27,064 nucleotides of DNA from Candidatus Heimdallarchaeota archaeon (lineage in GTDB: Archaea; Asgardarchaeota; Heimdallarchaeia; JABLTI01): NCBI GenBank assembly GCA_019058275.1, contig JAHLVW010000102.1:1-27064 (forward strand). Reading direction: 5' to 3'. The notes under the pieces are model-generated. The model had not been told where the DNA came from. It saw nothing but the letters and a program-made list of their open reading frames with translations, and did no database searches. A program made the position numbers and the translations under genes. Shown here in pieces: positions 25,429 to 27,064 of the stretch. How positions within the stretch are numbered: position 1 is the stretch's first letter; the number at the start of each line of letters is the position of its first letter.

Positions 25429-27064
25429 TTGTTGTTATATGCTATCAAACATGCATTACGAGGGATTAGTCGACGTAAAATGAAAAACGTCATAAATATG
25501 TTGGGTATTTTGATAGGAGTTTCTCTTTTGGCTGGTGTGCAAATAGCCACAGATTCTCTAGTAAATGCTATGCAAGAAACTGTTTCATTAAGATATGGAA
25601 ATGCTGATATTGTAATTCAAAAAGGAGAGTTCACACCTGAATTTTTCAATTACTCCATTTATGAGCAATTAAGAGATGATCCAGTTTTAGCCCCACATAT
25701 TGATGCTATTTCATCTAGGATTACTTCCCAAATAAGTGCAACTTCTATCTTTACTACAAAACAAACAGAACCATTTGTTACTGTTATTGGAATAAATGAA
25801 ACAATAGATAATTCGTTTGGTGAACTAATCCCTGATGATACTTATGGTAATAATGAATTCAATTTCTCCAATTTAACTGAATATCAATGTATTATTGGCA
25901 GTAGACTTGCTGAATCTCTAATTGATTTTGATGTTAGACAAGAAGGTAGAGAAGAAAAATTGTTTCTGCCCAATGCTAATCCAATTGAAATGTCATATAT
26001 TGATGCTCAAGGAAATGTAAGATTACTTGAATCAGTTTATGTTAAAGGCATAGCTAAAACAGAAGGGAAGGGAGTTCTAAATACTGGTCTAACAATTTTC
26101 CTTAAGCTTGAGTATTTACAAAGGTACTTTAATACTACAGGTACAGGCATCAATAATATTGTAGTGAGTACAACTCTTGGTAATGACAATGCAGTAAATG
26201 TAAAGAAATTATGTGAAGAAAGGCTACAGCTTTATTTGGGTGAAGAGGATGGAGGACGATTCCAAGTATATGCTCAAAAATACGAAGCTTTTGAGGATGT
26301 TGCAGATTCAATAGGTGATTTTAGAGTTGTATTGTATGTTTTTGGATCATTAATTATAATTTCAGGTGTTATGTTGATTCTAAATATTACCTTAATGAAT
26401 ATTGATGAAAGGCAACGATCAATTGGAATCATGCGAGCAATTGGAATGACAAAGACTCAACTCTTGGTTTCATTATTAACAGAAAGTTTTGTTTTAGGTG
26501 GTTTAGGATCCTTACTTGGATTATTAGGTGGAGTGGTAAATGGGTTAGGTATAATTGCTTTGTTAGAAAATTTTCTTGATATTGGAAATATTCTTACAAA
26601 TATACCCTTAATTGTCAAACCAGTTGGACTTGTTGTTTCGTTTGTCATTGGTCTATTAATTTCATTACTTGCAGCAATATATCCGGCAATAAGAGCAGCT
26701 AGACTTGACATAGTACAAACAATAAACGAAATAGAGACTCCGCAGCTCAGAAGAAGAAGCGGAAATTGGTCAATTCTTGTAGGGGCAAATATGATAGTTG
26801 GAGCAATAGCAGCTTTTGCTATTTCATTAGTAATTACTCCTGGTTGGCGCTGGATGATGTTTGTAATAAGTATCCTTGTGTTCCTTTTTGGGTTAGGATT
26901 TACCTTTGCTAGAATTATAGGAACTAGGATTTCGTTTAACGCGTTCGCTATATCATGGATGATAACAGGATTACTTTGTGTTTTGTTACTTAATCCCTAC
27001 TTAAACACCATTGAAGTTGATCAAGAATGGGGTTTGTATACTTTCCTTGCTTCAATGTTAGCAC
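25429..27064 (+). CDS. ABC transporter permease, FtsX/MacB/LolE family (3' end outside window)
   Basis: Own translation of frame 1: AIKHALRGISRRKMKNVINMLGILIGVSLL, a large extracytoplasmic domain, ERQRSIGIMRAIGMTKTQL...TES, AAIYPAIRAARLD, then more TMs. GGAGTGA precedes TTG 25429/25432; no stop seen before the window end. Confidence 0.92.
   Translation, partial: MLLYAIKHALRGISRRKMKNVINMLGILIGVSLLAGVQIATDSLVNAMQETVSLRYGNADIVIQKGEFTPEFFNYSIYEQLRDDPVLAPHIDAISSRITSQISATSIFTTKQTEPFVTVIGINETIDNSFGELIPDDTYGNNEFNFSNLTEYQCIIGSRLAESLIDFDVRQEGREEKLFLPNANPIEMSYIDAQGNVRLLESVYVKGIAKTEGKGVLNTGLTIFLKLEYLQRYFNTTGTGINNIVVSTTLGNDNAVNVKKLCEERLQLYLGEEDGGRFQVYAQKYEAFEDVADSIGDFRVVLYVFGSLIIISGVMLILNITLMNIDERQRSIGIMRAIGMTKTQLLVSLLTESFVLGGLGSLLGLLGGVVNGLGIIALLENFLDIGNILTNIPLIVKPVGLVVSFVIGLLISLLAAIYPAIRAARLDIVQTINEIETPQLRRRSGNWSILVGANMIVGAIAAFAISLVITPGWRWMMFVISILVFLFGLGFTFARIIGTRISFNAFAISWMITGLLCVLLLNPYLNTIEVDQEWGLYTFLASMLA

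Noticed and set aside
633-26711. Short overlapping ORFs in the track (e.g. 633..914, 2352..2546, 5207..5437, 5670..6321, 6873..7346, 7999..8703, 9419..9691, 10695..11006, 11139..11339, 14046..14255, 16173..16364, 17578..18307, 18390..18587, 20285..21008, 22739..22936, 25101..25352, 26457..26711)
   Set aside because: They are antisense or out-of-frame shadows of well-supported genes, with no recognisable motifs.

Overview
AT-rich, gene-dense archaeal chromosomal window. It is most likely from an Asgard archaeon, possibly Heimdallarchaeia-like; this is inferred from TiaS, an archaeal histone, archaeal-type GlyA, GGTGA/GGAGG ribosome-binding sites and an Arf-family small GTPase. It holds about 26 CDS (two cut by the window edges) and one clear pseudogene, a flavodoxin-fold NAD(P)H oxidoreductase at 12059-12627 that the ORF track misses. 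Most genes are metabolic or housekeeping: sdhAB-fumC, class II fba, GT3 glycogen synthase, glyA, GcvH-like, pyrF, tiaS, sfsA and an ABC permease. The most interesting elements are: (1) a minimal TGT-fold base-exchange enzyme with catalytic residues intact, 11 nt upstream of an unknown protein carrying an RPA-like CCCH zinc finger, which is a candidate new nucleic-acid modification module; (2) an Arf-like GTPase fused to a Cys-rich domain and ending in a basic patch plus terminal Cys; (3) a histone variant lacking the residues used for hypernucleosome stacking; (4) a ubiquitin-like protein with a masked GG-Y terminus; (5) a FumC with an altered signature loop; (6) a cytoplasmic beta-sandwich repeat protein with a segment resembling adaptin mu. 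I saw no rRNA, tRNA, CRISPR array or mobile element. All family calls come from motif recognition by eye, not from database searches.
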